64,000 nt of DNA from Methanobacteriota archaeon (lineage in GTDB: Archaea > Thermoplasmatota > Thermoplasmata > SG8-5 > JAGLSY01). Below the pieces are notes generated by a model that did not search any database, was not told the origin of the DNA, and saw only the letters and a program-made list of their open reading frames with translations. The translations under genes and the position numbers were made by a program. Location of the stretch: assembly GCA_020697715.1 (NCBI GenBank), contig JAEHCO010000001.1, positions 746,149 through 810,148 of the forward strand, in the 5' to 3' direction. This document shows, in pieces, positions 1 through 10,089 of the stretch (its first letter is position 1; the number at the start of each line of letters is the position of its first letter).

Positions 1-231
1 AATATAATGATCGCGACAGCCGCATATGGAACATCCTTCCTGCTGGGCGATTCAGACATTGCATTCATCATATTCTTCATTGGAACTGTGAATGCCTTCA
101 TAGGGGCATTCAATATGATACCCTTCATGCCTTTCGATGGAGCCAAGATAGTCAAATGGAGCATTCCCGTGTATGTGGTGATGCTGGCGGCTGTTCTATT
201 CCTGGTCGCGATAGGCTATGGCATAATATGA
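1..231 (+). CDS. C-terminal part of M50-family (site-2) membrane metalloprotease, 5'-truncated
   Basis: Frame is open from base 1; hydrophobic helices and AFNMIPFMPFDG, matching the NxxPxxxxDG motif of M50 peptidases. Confidence 0.75.
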   Translation, partial: NIMIATAAYGTSFLLGDSDIAFIIFFIGTVNAFIGAFNMIPFMPFDGAKIVKWSIPVYVVMLAAVLFLVAIGYGII

Positions 232-294
232 TAATATGATAATATGAAAATTTGACAGCAGGTTTTTTAAGCATGCCATCCGATTAACAAGTGT

Positions 295-1011
295 ATGCGA
301 AATACGATCTCAACAATCGTCATTGTAGCTATGATCATTGTTGGCTTGGCAATAGTCCCGGTAGCAAGTCTGGTAACAGCCCAGGTACTCCCGGACCCCA
401 CATATCTGGGTTATGGAGATCATGACATCGATATCACATTAGGCATGGGCGAGGTGTCGATATTCGTGATCCCGCTTGAGATGGGAGACAAGATCAATGT
501 GAACCTGGAGGTGGGGTCAGGTGGAGCTGTTGATTTCTTCTTGATGGACAATTATACAATGTACATCATGTCGGAAGAAGGTGGGCTTTTTGATGAAGAT
601 AGCGAACTGGTCTTTCTGGAAGATGGAACAAAAAGAGACACCTACCAGATATCTTATCAGCATACGGCAAATTTTGACGACACTCTCTTCTTATTGATAG
701 ATAATAGTGGTTTGACAGAGACTGGAGCCACACCGACTGGCGATGTCAAGGTATCAGGCTCGATCGATGTGAAGGAAAGCATCTGGACCTTGCAGAATAT
801 TGTCATCACTCTTGTCATAGTAGCCGTAATAATCATCATATTCGTTGGCATCAAACTTCCGGCCAAGAAGAAAAAGGAAGATGAGAGAAGAGTGGCTGTT
901 AGAAAAGCCAATCTTGCCAAGCATCATAAGCAAGCTGGACATAAGAAACAGGTTAGAAAAGTGAGACGAAGAAGTACAGTGAAGCAAATTAAACGCAAGC
1001 CAAAAAGATGA
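295..1011 (+). CDS. Hypothetical membrane-anchored protein with extracellular beta-domain and very basic cytoplasmic tail
   Basis: N-terminal hydrophobic segment, acidic beta-rich middle, TM helix IVITLVIVAVIIIIFVGI, K/R-rich tail. Confidence 0.7.
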   Translation: MRNTISTIVIVAMIIVGLAIVPVASLVTAQVLPDPTYLGYGDHDIDITLGMGEVSIFVIPLEMGDKINVNLEVGSGGAVDFFLMDNYTMYIMSEEGGLFDEDSELVFLEDGTKRDTYQISYQHTANFDDTLFLLIDNSGLTETGATPTGDVKVSGSIDVKESIWTLQNIVITLVIVAVIIIIFVGIKLPAKKKKEDERRVAVRKANLAKHHKQAGHKKQVRKVRRRSTVKQIKRKPKR

Positions 1012-1047
1012 GAAAGGATTTTATGGAATTCCGATGATAAGGAGCGG

Positions 1048-1644
1048 ATGTATTCTGATGAGGATGGGGAATTAGCCGTTAAATATGCCAGGGCTTTGAT
1101 CGAATATTATGTCAAGAATGATGTGAAACCGGATGTCCGGCTTCCCGAACATTTCAATGAGATGTCCGGGGCTTTTGTCACTCTGAACACTTATCCAGAA
1201 GGTGATCTAAGGGGATGTATTGGCTATCCAGTACCGTATTTTCCACTTAAAGAAACACTGGAAAAGGCCGCCGAGGGAGCTATCCAGGACCCGAGATTTC
1301 CTAAATTGAGAAAAAGAGAGCTAGATCTGGTGGTCGTGGAGGTCAGCATACTCAGTCCCCCCGAACAGATAAGTGTGGAAAAACCACTGGATTATCTGAA
1401 AGAGGTCGTCGTCGGGCGCGATGGTTTGATCGTGGAGAAGGGCAATTACAAAGGCCTGCTCTTGCCCCAGGTTCCAGTTGAATGGAAATGGGATGTCAAG
1501 ACATATCTTTCTCAAACCTGTTTAAAAGCAGGTCTGAGACCGGATGCCTGGCTGGAACCAGATACTCAAATATTCAAATTCAGTGGACAGGTCTTTGGGG
1601 AAAAGAAACCAAATGGAGATATCACAAAGAAGGAGCTTGCATGA
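1048..1644 (+). CDS. AMMECR1-domain (TIGR00296-type) protein
   Basis: GAFVTL...LRGCIG, DPRF, EVSILS and GLLLPQV...W...L...C.KAG motifs. Confidence 0.92.
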   Translation: MYSDEDGELAVKYARALIEYYVKNDVKPDVRLPEHFNEMSGAFVTLNTYPEGDLRGCIGYPVPYFPLKETLEKAAEGAIQDPRFPKLRKRELDLVVVEVSILSPPEQISVEKPLDYLKEVVVGRDGLIVEKGNYKGLLLPQVPVEWKWDVKTYLSQTCLKAGLRPDAWLEPDTQIFKFSGQVFGEKKPNGDITKKELA

Positions 1645-2888
1645 CCCGACCGGAGCTTGTTATCAAAGGTAGAGTTTTGATGGGCAATGAGGCTCAGACC
1701 ATCTGCATCGGCATCGTGGATGGCAAAATAACAGTCATGGGGAAGGATCTGGATGGTGATGAATTCCTTGATTATTCCAAATATCTCATAATGCCGGGTG
1801 GCATCGACATACACACCCATATGCGTGACCCAGGATTCACGGATAAAGAGGATTTCAACACTGGAACAATGGCAGCTGCCTTTGGAGGGACCACGACCAT
1901 ACTGGATATGCCAAATACCAAGCCAATGGTAACAACCACACAACAGTTGAAGGATAAGCTCGATATCATAGAAAAAAAGGCCAATGTGGATTATGGCCTT
2001 TATGCCTCGCTCACACCTGATTCGAATATCAAAGAATTGAAGGAATTGGCTGTGGGTTTCAAGCTTTTCATGGCCGAGACCACATCCGCGATCCCGATTT
2101 CGGAGGATGAGATAAGAGATGTACTGGTTGACCCTGAATTGGATGGACAGGTGGTCAGTGTTCACGCCGAATCCCCCGAAAGGTTCAGAGACATCGAGGT
2201 CACTGACCTCACGACTCATGACGATTCAAGACCTGCTTCGGCCGAGGTCGTCGCGGTCGATACCATCACCCAGATGAAAACATCCGCCATTATGCATTTT
2301 GCCCATCTGACAGATCTCATGTCCTTTGAAAAGGCCTTCGGGTACAGCAATGAGATCACACCACACCATATGCTCCTAAGCACATCCAATGTCCATGGTA
2401 CAAAGGGTAAGGTCAATCCACCTTTACGAAATATCAGGGAGCAGGCCTCACTCTTCACGGCCTTCGTGAAAGCACAGGTGGGCATCGTGGCCAGTGATCA
2501 CGCACCTCATACAGTGGGGGAGAAGATACTGCCTTTTGGAGAAGCTCCATCTGGACTTCCGGGAGTGGAGACCAGACTCCCGATGATGCTGGCACTTGTT
2601 CAATCAGAACAAGTGAGCCTCGGATTGGTGCAGGCAACCTGCTGTCACAATCCGGCCAAATTATTTTCATTACCTAAGGGACAGATAGATGTTGGATTCG
2701 ATGCTGACCTGTCGATATTTGATATGAATAAGACTACCAAGATCGAGGGAGATAAATTGCATTCGAAATGCGGCTGGACCCCTTTTGAAGGTTATAATGC
2801 GATCTTCCCAGAACATGTTTTCCTGGGCGGAGAAGAAATAATTTCTGATGGAGAATTGGTCAGGAAAGGAAAAGGAAAGAAGATATGA
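1641..2888 (+). CDS. pyrC: Dihydroorotase (amidohydrolase family)
   Basis: DIHTHMRDPG, AAAFGGTTT..DMPNT, KVNPPLR, ASDHAPH, SKCGWTPF; start moved to ATG 1641, which overlaps the AMMECR1 stop (ATGA) after AGGAG. Confidence 0.88.
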   Translation: MTRPELVIKGRVLMGNEAQTICIGIVDGKITVMGKDLDGDEFLDYSKYLIMPGGIDIHTHMRDPGFTDKEDFNTGTMAAAFGGTTTILDMPNTKPMVTTTQQLKDKLDIIEKKANVDYGLYASLTPDSNIKELKELAVGFKLFMAETTSAIPISEDEIRDVLVDPELDGQVVSVHAESPERFRDIEVTDLTTHDDSRPASAEVVAVDTITQMKTSAIMHFAHLTDLMSFEKAFGYSNEITPHHMLLSTSNVHGTKGKVNPPLRNIREQASLFTAFVKAQVGIVASDHAPHTVGEKILPFGEAPSGLPGVETRLPMMLALVQSEQVSLGLVQATCCHNPAKLFSLPKGQIDVGFDADLSIFDMNKTTKIEGDKLHSKCGWTPFEGYNAIFPEHVFLGGEEIISDGELVRKGKGKKI

Positions 2889-2901
2889 AAGAGTAAAGGG
2901 A

Positions 2902-2924
2902 AGCCCAGATTATGTACCTGGGCT
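2902..2924. terminator. Hairpin between convergent pyrC and rpl12
   Basis: AGCCCAG-N9-CTGGGCT perfect 7-bp inverted repeat 14 nt after the pyrC stop. Confidence 0.35.
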
Positions 2925-3032
2925 CATATTGCCAGAATTGGAATTATATGCAAAGCTAGATTAAGCCTACGGCCATGTGGGCCTGACAGTCAAGGTGACT
3001 GTTTTGGTTGACACGACCGTAAAATGGCCTAT

Positions 3033-3341
3033 CTAACCGAACAATGCACCGAGACCGGCTGCTGCGTCTTCCTCTGTTGCTGCTTCTTCTTCGGGCTCTT
3101 CTTCCTTCTTAGCCTCTGCTGGAGCTGCTGCGCCACCTGCTGGTGCTGCTGCAGCTGCTGGTGCGGCCACCGCGGTCTTCATTGCTTCCTCGATGTCCAC
3201 GCCATCAAGAGATGCGGCCAATGCCTTAATTCTGGAAGTGTCTGCTTCGACACCTGCAGCCTTCAAGATATTTGCTATCGCGGTCTCATTGATCTCCTTC
3301 CCAGCTGAGTGAAGGATCATTGCGCTGTATATATATTCCAT
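3033..3341 (-). CDS. rpl12: 50S ribosomal stalk protein P1/L12 (archaeal)
   Basis: [17 protein letters not shown] start, Ala-rich hinge, acidic tail ending [10 protein letters not shown]. Confidence 0.97.
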   Translation of the reverse strand: MEYIYSAMILHSAGKEINETAIANILKAAGVEADTSRIKALAASLDGVDIEEAMKTAVAAPAAAAAPAGGAAAPAEAKKEEEPEEEAATEEDAAAGLGALFG

Positions 3342-3380
3342 TTCTTATTCCTCCTATATGATCTATTGATTCTTATCTAC

Positions 3381-4388
3381 TTAACCGAATAGGGCACCAA
3401 GTCCTGCTGCTGCATCCTCTTCGGTAGCTTCTTCTTCCTCGTCATCGTCTGGCTTTTTATCATCCTCTGCTGCAGATTCTGCGGCCACGGGAGCGGCTAC
3501 TGGAGCTGCAGACAATCTCGATCTGAGATCGTCATCCAGTGCATCTGGCACTTGGGATGCCACTGCCATCATCTTGCCTGTTGCGATCGCAAGAAGCATC
3601 TCGATGGTATCCTTATTAGCGACACCGGCATTCAGCGCTACGCTAAATGCCGCCATCTGAGCCTTGCTTATCAATGGTCTGATGGTAAGTGGTGTTGTGT
3701 AGGATATGAATGTTGCCAAGTTAAAGGAACTTGATATGACATAGTTCAGGTTGCCCATGAAGGCCTCTTCATCGATGTTCAATACATCTTTCCTGAAGAT
3801 CGTGCCATTTTCATAGACCGCGCCCATGTCCATTCCCACTGTCAATGGGAATATCTCCAACTTCGTAAGCATGGATGCCACATCTACTGGGATGGGCTCT
3901 CCTTCTTTGACAAGGACCTTCGTCTTCTTTATGACGACCTTCCCGCCCTCAATGGCTGCTGGTATTCCAGCTTTCTGGAAATCTCCGACTATTGGACCTG
4001 GTTTGAATGGAGTATCTCCTGCTTTGAGCTCTATTTCGTCTGGAGCTATCTCGCCGCCCTTTGCAGGGGCTGCTGTCTTTGTCGCTTCCAGACTTTTGTA
4101 TAATTTGAATGGGTTCATGTCGGTTGCTATGATCGCACACTGGCCATTGACCTCTCCTACCAGGCCTTCCAAGCCTTTCTTCTCTTCGGACAGATCTTTC
4201 AGTGCCCTCTCGATAAGATTGTTCTTTGCGACGATAAGTTGTGCTTTTCCCTTGAGATTTCGTCTCATCTTCTGGATCTGAGGACCCGGGATACCATTTA
4301 CCCTGACGATGCCAATGACTTCACTTTCTTTGATAAGTGAACTCAGATCTTCGACATATGCTTTCTTCCATTTCGCTGCCTGTGTCAT
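3381..4388 (-). CDS. rpl10: 50S ribosomal protein L10 (P0)
   Basis: KWK..V, KNNLI, TDMNPFKL, GDTPFKPGP motifs; C-terminus [10 protein letters not shown]. Confidence 0.96.
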   Translation of the reverse strand: MTQAAKWKKAYVEDLSSLIKESEVIGIVRVNGIPGPQIQKMRRNLKGKAQLIVAKNNLIERALKDLSEEKKGLEGLVGEVNGQCAIIATDMNPFKLYKSLEATKTAAPAKGGEIAPDEIELKAGDTPFKPGPIVGDFQKAGIPAAIEGGKVVIKKTKVLVKEGEPIPVDVASMLTKLEIFPLTVGMDMGAVYENGTIFRKDVLNIDEEAFMGNLNYVISSSFNLATFISYTTPLTIRPLISKAQMAAFSVALNAGVANKDTIEMLLAIATGKMMAVASQVPDALDDDLRSRLSAAPVAAPVAAESAAEDDKKPDDDEEEEATEEDAAAGLGALFG

Positions 4389-5023
4389 TACATCAACCTC
4401 ACTGATGGACCCATAGTGGTCTTGACATAGATGGATGATATGTTCTGTTCACCGCGCTCTAATTTGGATTTCAATCTTGTGATCACAGCATCTATGTTCT
4501 CAGCCAGCTCGTCCGGACTCATATCTTTGGATCCGACCATCGTATGGAAGGTCTTGCTTTCCTTTGATCTTATCTTCACGGTCTTTCTCAAACCAGTGAT
4601 CAATACTGTTGGATCCATGCCTGGTGGTACTGGCTTAGGCATCTTTCCACGAGGACCCAGGAAAATACCCAATCTCTTACCAATTGTGGGCATAAGTGGA
4701 GCCTCTGCAATGAAGAACGCGTGCTGGTTGGCCAATTTCCTGGCCTTCCTCTTCTCATCAGCATATTCTTCGATCTCTTCAGGTGTGATGACCGTATCGG
4801 CAACTGCCTTTGCCTTTACTGCAAGTTCACCACTACCGAAAACCGCAATTTTCATGTCCTTACCCCTTCCGTTTGGAAGCTGGATCTCTTCTTCTATCCT
4901 GTTCTTAGGTATCTTCAGGTCGATATCTTTCAAATTGATAGCCAGCTCTACTGACTCTTTGAATTTTCGCTCCTGAGCATCTTCGATCGCCTTCTTCAAG
5001 GCTGCCATCATGTTTGGGTCCAT
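4388..5023 (-). CDS. rpl1: 50S ribosomal protein L1
   Basis: RKFKESVELAINLK, LGPRGKMP, YVKTTMGP. Confidence 0.97.
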   Translation of the reverse strand: MDPNMMAALKKAIEDAQERKFKESVELAINLKDIDLKIPKNRIEEEIQLPNGRGKDMKIAVFGSGELAVKAKAVADTVITPEEIEEYADEKRKARKLANQHAFFIAEAPLMPTIGKRLGIFLGPRGKMPKPVPPGMDPTVLITGLRKTVKIRSKESKTFHTMVGSKDMSPDELAENIDAVITRLKSKLERGEQNISSIYVKTTMGPSVRLM

Positions 5024-5035
5024 TGGATATTCCTC

Positions 5036-5069
5036 CTGTAGTTAGTCGGGGGATCAGCCCCTCCTACAG
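5036..5069 (-). promoter_or_regulatory. Candidate L1-binding autoregulatory mRNA hairpin abutting the rpl1 Shine-Dalgarno
   Basis: Minus strand CTGTAG-GAG-GGG-CTGAT-CCC-CCGACTAA-CTACAG followed by GAGGAATATCCAATG; helix/asymmetric loop/helix layout like known L1 sites. Confidence 0.65.
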
Positions 5070-5112
5070 TATCACATAACTTAACTGTGGAAACCATGGT
5101 AATAATGAGATG

Positions 5113-5120
5113 TTTATAAA
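5113..5120 (-). promoter_or_regulatory. Putative TATA box of the rpl1-rpl10-rpl12 operon
   Basis: TTTATAAA ~90 nt upstream of the rpl1 ATG in the intergenic region. Confidence 0.45.
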
Positions 5121-5181
5121 CGTTTTGGTTAAAATGGGGGTGAAGTAGGCATGAACAACACTTAGGTCTAGTCCTATACGT

Positions 5182-5460
5182 CTATTCAGGTTCCAGCCAC
5201 TTTCCATTCTCTCCATATTCCTGGACGATCCTGAGCATACCCAGAGTCTCCAACAGGATAAAGAGGACAAGCATCAGAACAGGATAGAGCGAATAATCTC
5301 CCTTTATAATAATAAATGATATCAATATACCAAAGAATATGAGAGAAGCCACACTGGCCGCCCTTCCCTTCTTATTGGGTATTATTTTTGGAACATCAGA
5401 AGGAGCATCTTCCGATGTCTCTATTGGTATTTCTGGATCATTGGCTTCAATTGCTTCCAT
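5182..5460 (-). CDS. Small hypothetical membrane protein (2 TM)
   Basis: 92 aa, two hydrophobic helices; starts 1 nt after the methyltransferase stop with a GGAGG SD upstream. Confidence 0.65.
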   Translation of the reverse strand: MEAIEANDPEIPIETSEDAPSDVPKIIPNKKGRAASVASLIFFGILISFIIIKGDYSLYPVLMLVLFILLETLGMLRIVQEYGENGKWLEPE

Positions 5461-5461
5461 T

Positions 5462-6199
5462 CTATTCCTCCTTCTCGATTATCGCTATGTATTGATGTTC
5501 ATTGTCCAGGTACTGGCTCACTTTCCAACCCGTGCCTTCCAGTATCATCTCCATCTCATCCTTTGACACGATGAGATAATCGAACCATGGGTTTGTGAAT
5601 TTTTTGTAGCGAACCCTTATCCTCACCTGGCCAGACATCCTGCCACGCTTGCGATTATATTCCTGATACCATAGGTGATCGGGGTTATCAGTTTCATGCA
5701 CTTGCATGCTCTCGGTGATTATCCTGGCATCTTCGCTCGTCATGCCATGGAAGCGCTTGAGCAACCATTTCGCCCTCTTGACATTGGAGAACAATCCGAA
5801 ATTATTGCCCAGCATCATTATGGTGTCGAACTGGCCTAATTTTGAGTTTACCTGTGTGATCGGCAGGGGCTTTGTCTTCTTCAAGCCCCTTTCCCTGGCC
5901 ACCTTCTGTGCCATCGGAGAATTGTCGATACCAAGGACATCCAGACCCTTCTCGTTCTGGAGATATATCGCATGCCGGCCTGCACCACTGCCAATGTCCA
6001 GCACTTTGCCTTTTGCGAACTTCATAGCCTTTTTCTCATGGGGAGCCCAGTCCTTGTATTCGGACAGATACATCTTGGGGCCAGTGGATGCATCGATATA
6101 GCCATCCTCTCTTTCTATAACCTCATCCACGTCCTTTCCCTTGTAAAAATCGTATATCACATGGCCTTGCGCATCCTCATGGTCCTTCAACATACCCAT
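5462..6199 (-). CDS. Class I SAM-dependent methyltransferase
   Basis: [11 protein letters not shown] (motif I), GIDNSP, FDTI.MLGNN. Confidence 0.88.
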   Translation of the reverse strand: MGMLKDHEDAQGHVIYDFYKGKDVDEVIEREDGYIDASTGPKMYLSEYKDWAPHEKKAMKFAKGKVLDIGSGAGRHAIYLQNEKGLDVLGIDNSPMAQKVARERGLKKTKPLPITQVNSKLGQFDTIMMLGNNFGLFSNVKRAKWLLKRFHGMTSEDARIITESMQVHETDNPDHLWYQEYNRKRGRMSGQVRIRVRYKKFTNPWFDYLIVSKDEMEMILEGTGWKVSQYLDNEHQYIAIIEKEE

Positions 6200-6205
6200 T
6201 TTATC

Positions 6206-7972
6206 CTACTCCAGTCTCTTCAATTGTAAATTGTAAAGGGATACCATTTCCTCGGTAGTGGTGGCATCCTCCGGGCCCTTGTCCTCGCGCATGCCGATGA
6301 AGCGCGGGAATCGTATGGCCAGGCCATTTCCTTTTCTTATCTCGTCCAAGCCGCAGGTGTGGATCGGTGAAAGGGTTATCTCCGCACCTTTCACTTCCAT
6401 CACGACCACTGGCTCGAACCAATAGTCAGGTATCATCTTGGATTCAACTCGAACTGGTATCTTCTTCACTTTATGCTCATCCAGCATACTGGAGAAGGAT
6501 GCTAACATCTCGTCATTGAAGCCGCTTCCCAGTTTGGTCACGGATTCGAATGTGTCGGTCTCGTGATTGTAGGTGGCCATCAAAAGCGCGCCGTATGTAC
6601 CGGCGCGGCGACCCCTACCTGCGAACCCACCGATGATAGCCAGGTCCACTGTATCATCCAATTCGGACTTGTAATCGCGCTTGAACTTCACCCACTGCCA
6701 ACCGCGGGAGCCAGCCTTGTAAGGTGAATCATCTGAGATGGATTTGGCGATTATGCCTTCACAGCCATCGGATAGAGATTGCTGGAAGAAATCTTCGGCT
6801 TTGTCTGGGTCGTCAGTAATGAGGGAATGAGAGATGAACACCCTATCGGAGATATCAAGGCAGCTAGCTAGCTTCTCCCTTCGGGTTGTGTAAGGTAAAT
6901 TGATAAGTTCCTCTTCATTGAGAAAAAGACAATCAAAGAAAAACACGGAAACTGGATAATCCTCGATCGCTTTGGCCAACTCGGTCTTCCGACCCCTGCG
7001 ATGGCTAACCTCTTGAAATGGGAGCATCTGGCCAGTATTGATGTCTATGGGCACACATTCTCCATCAAGTATCCCTTCTGTTTTGTTGAAAGAGGCTTTC
7101 AGAACCTCGATCACATCCGGGAACTGGGCAGTGACATTCTCCAATTGCCTCGTGTATAATTCAACCACTTGCCCAACTCTTGGATCTGACCAAATATGAG
7201 CCTGTATCCTCAAACCATCATACTTGTATTCGAAGGAACATTTGCCTAATTTATCAATTATATCGGGCAAGCTCGATAGGCGCTCGCAAAGCATGGCCTT
7301 CAATGGCACGCCAGGATCTATTTTGATCTCATCCAGACCATCCAATCCCTTCTCTGACAGTACATAAGCTATTTGTCCAAGGGCTGGATATTTATTATAG
7401 GCAATCTCCACTCTTTCTTTTTCAGTTCCAAAGGTTTGTGCTAATGCATCTATTATAGTCATATCCGCAATGCCAAGTCGCAGCTTCCCACTCAGCATTC
7501 TAGCAATATACTTTGCCTCATGTGGTGAGGAGTCGTGGAAAAGATTTGCAAATATATCTTGCTTTGTCTTTTGAGAGCCAGAACCTTCTTTCATTGCCAT
7601 ATTCATCAAAGAATCGAACACCCTGTTAACTGTCAAAGGTTCTGAAAATAGAGAAGTCTGCGTCTTATTCGCCATCGCTCTCTCTGCAACAAACCCAAGA
7701 TCACCTGTTTCGATCCACCAATTTTCTATTGTTTCTGGGGAGACTCCAGAGCCTCTAGAAATTGCCTTAAGTGCGAGCTTATTGGCCACCCCAAGAACCA
7801 TTGACTGATAATCGGGCGATAATTGCCCCTGGGTAAGGTAGACAATTCTTCTGAGAAGGTCAGAATCATCTTTAACCTTACTGAACAGCTCCACCAGTAT
7901 CTCGGTCATCTCCAATCTTTTGCGAGTCTCCTCTATCCTGGAATAGGCCTCGGCGATCACGGAATAATCCAT
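6206..7972 (-). CDS. lig: ATP-dependent DNA ligase
   Basis: EYKYDGLRIQAH active-site motif, LDGE, FFDCL, EGIIAK, WVKFK, IRFPRF...REDK. Confidence 0.97.
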   Translation of the reverse strand: MDYSVIAEAYSRIEETRKRLEMTEILVELFSKVKDDSDLLRRIVYLTQGQLSPDYQSMVLGVANKLALKAISRGSGVSPETIENWWIETGDLGFVAERAMANKTQTSLFSEPLTVNRVFDSLMNMAMKEGSGSQKTKQDIFANLFHDSSPHEAKYIARMLSGKLRLGIADMTIIDALAQTFGTEKERVEIAYNKYPALGQIAYVLSEKGLDGLDEIKIDPGVPLKAMLCERLSSLPDIIDKLGKCSFEYKYDGLRIQAHIWSDPRVGQVVELYTRQLENVTAQFPDVIEVLKASFNKTEGILDGECVPIDINTGQMLPFQEVSHRRGRKTELAKAIEDYPVSVFFFDCLFLNEEELINLPYTTRREKLASCLDISDRVFISHSLITDDPDKAEDFFQQSLSDGCEGIIAKSISDDSPYKAGSRGWQWVKFKRDYKSELDDTVDLAIIGGFAGRGRRAGTYGALLMATYNHETDTFESVTKLGSGFNDEMLASFSSMLDEHKVKKIPVRVESKMIPDYWFEPVVVMEVKGAEITLSPIHTCGLDEIRKGNGLAIRFPRFIGMREDKGPEDATTTEEMVSLYNLQLKRLE

Positions 7973-8018
7973 TGCTCCAGAGAAGCCTTGTGATTATAAG
8001 AATTTTGGGAATCGATAT

Positions 8019-9356
8019 TCACTTTCTCTTCCTGGAAACCATTGGCATGATAATACCTATGCCAGCAAACATCAATATCATTATCAAAGTGAGATCGTTC
8101 CCCAGGCCAAGGAATCCGTCCTCGTCGTCCGAGTTATCCCCGTCACCTGTATCGTCGCCATCGGTGTCGTCGTCATCATCATCCGAGGTATCATCATCAA
8201 CAATATCAGGCAAGACAAAGCCATTCACCTTGTATGCAAGTACTCTATTATTGGCAGAATAACTTGTCGCTCTGGTGAGTATGTCCAGGTTTCCATCATC
8301 GTCCAGATCGGCCAATACCAGAGCATCTTCTTCGCCCACATCTATCAATGTGTTTGAAGTGCTCCATATCGATGTCTTGTTCCCCGCATTCCATATCTCA
8401 AGACGGTCAGAGGTGATGACAATTTCCTTATTGCCATCATTGTCCAGGTCCGCGACCTCTATACTGTGTACAGCTCTTCCCAGATCCTCACTTTCCCATT
8501 CCAGTGTTCCTGCGGAATCATAGATATAGACATAACCATGATAGCTCATACCAGTTATTCCGCCTTCGCCCACTATGATCTCCATATCTCCATCAGAATC
8601 CACATCTGCGAGTTCGATGCAGGTGAAGCTCCCATTGAGTGTTTTGTTCAGTTTTATATCAAGGGTCTGGCTATCAATGATGAACAATCTTCCATCATCA
8701 TAGAACTCATCCACCAGAACAACTATCTCTTTATTGCCGCCAGCGATCACATCCGCGACCTCGATATCCCTTGTGATGGCGATATAAGTAATATCGACAG
8801 AGGAACCCTGTATGGTCTGGGTATCCACATCATGAACAGTGACATTGTCACCTACAGTGATTATCTCCGACATACCATCTCCATCAATATCCGCAACTGC
8901 GATATTATCCAGATTGAAAGAGGTTAATTCCCACTCAACAAGCTTGGTGGATGCATCGATCACTACGAAACCCCCGGACAAAGCCCCGGAATAACATATG
9001 ATCTCCAGTGCTGGATCTCCATCCGCCTGAGCGACTTCTATAGTATCGTACGATATCGTGAAATAACCTCCTGAAGAGGGTATCGTGATATTCTCGACGA
9101 ATGTGAAATCAGTAGCAGAATAAACACAGATAATATTACCTGATGCCATAGCCAGTATTTCCAGATCGCCATCCTGGTCTATATCCGCGACCTCCAATCC
9201 CCATTTATCAAAGATATAGTCAGTTAATTTCTCGCTTTCCCATGCTTCCTCCGCATACGGTATTGCTGTTTGTCCAGATGCTGCAAAAGGGGTCATACAA
9301 ATTACTAATATTACAATTATACTAATGCTAAATCTCTTCCACTCCATGGTCATCAT
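8019..9356 (-). CDS. Secreted FG-GAP/VCBS-repeat beta-propeller protein with acidic linker and C-terminal TM anchor
   Basis: Signal peptide; repeated ADxDxDGxxEI motifs; Asp-rich linker; terminal TM helix plus RKRK. Confidence 0.85.
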   Translation of the reverse strand: MMTMEWKRFSISIIVILVICMTPFAASGQTAIPYAEEAWESEKLTDYIFDKWGLEVADIDQDGDLEILAMASGNIICVYSATDFTFVENITIPSSGGYFTISYDTIEVAQADGDPALEIICYSGALSGGFVVIDASTKLVEWELTSFNLDNIAVADIDGDGMSEIITVGDNVTVHDVDTQTIQGSSVDITYIAITRDIEVADVIAGGNKEIVVLVDEFYDDGRLFIIDSQTLDIKLNKTLNGSFTCIELADVDSDGDMEIIVGEGGITGMSYHGYVYIYDSAGTLEWESEDLGRAVHSIEVADLDNDGNKEIVITSDRLEIWNAGNKTSIWSTSNTLIDVGEEDALVLADLDDDGNLDILTRATSYSANNRVLAYKVNGFVLPDIVDDDTSDDDDDDTDGDDTGDGDNSDDEDGFLGLGNDLTLIMILMFAGIGIIMPMVSRKRK

Positions 9357-9511
9357 ATCTCCATCACATAATCAAGATACTGATATATATTGATACTGAA
9401 ACCATCGCTAAATGATAGGAAGAATATACTGGCTATGACATAATGATATCATACTTAGGTTTCCAATAATCATCAATTAATTTATTAATAAGATAAACAT
9501 CAGGGGAATTC

Positions 9512-10075
9512 ATGGATGAAACTAACAAAACATTGGTAGCGATAGTCGCCATCGCCGTGATAGTTACTTTGGTTGTGGCAGGATTCTGGGCGATATCCAC
9601 CAATAATAAGATAGTGGAAGAAGAAGAGGCCATAGACAGTAACTGGGCTCAGGTGAGCAATCAATATCAGCGAAAGGTCGATCTGATACCCGAGCTTGTC
9701 ACTATAGTTTCAAATTATCAGGAATTCGAGTCCAGCACCCTGAGCAATATCACCGCATTGCGTTCACAATGGATGGATGCCGATACTACTGAGGAGCAGG
9801 TCAATGCATCCAATGCACTGGATCAGGAATTGATGTCCATAGTCCTGACCTTCGAAGCATATCCATACCTTCAATCGGTATTTGTCGTTAGTGATCTAAT
9901 GGTCTCGCTGGAGAGCACTGAGGATATGATCATGGTCGCGCGTATGAGATACAATGAGGCTGTCCAGGATTATAATGCCCATATCAAAAAATTCCCTGCG
10001 AACATGATAGCCGAGATGGGAGACTATGAGGAGCGTTCGTACTACTCCAGTACTGCCGCGCCTGAAGCCCCATAA
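9512..10075 (+). CDS. lemA: LemA family protein
   Basis: N-terminal TM; W.QV..QYQRK.DLIPELV, EAYP.L, AR.RYN..V..YN..IKKFP. Confidence 0.92.
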   Translation: MDETNKTLVAIVAIAVIVTLVVAGFWAISTNNKIVEEEEAIDSNWAQVSNQYQRKVDLIPELVTIVSNYQEFESSTLSNITALRSQWMDADTTEEQVNASNALDQELMSIVLTFEAYPYLQSVFVVSDLMVSLESTEDMIMVARMRYNEAVQDYNAHIKKFPANMIAEMGDYEERSYYSSTAAPEAP

Positions 10076-10089
10076 TAGAGCGTCTGGCT

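Noticed and set aside
1482-1640. N-terminal extensions in the ORF track (pyrC from 1482; also DUF368 from 12862, A1 from 18348, A8 44399, A10 51750, A11 54445)
   Set aside because: They overlap neighbouring genes or promoters; downstream ATGs have SD motifs or coupling and give typical N-termini
2967-3030. Possible small structured RNA downstream of rpl12 (ACAGTC/GACTGT, TACGG/CCGTA pairings)
   Set aside because: Stems are short and match no family I recognise; most simply a 3' UTR or terminator structure
3033-3430. Repeat between the 3' ends of rpl10 and rpl12
   Set aside because: This is the well-known shared C-terminal motif of stalk proteins ([13 protein letters not shown])
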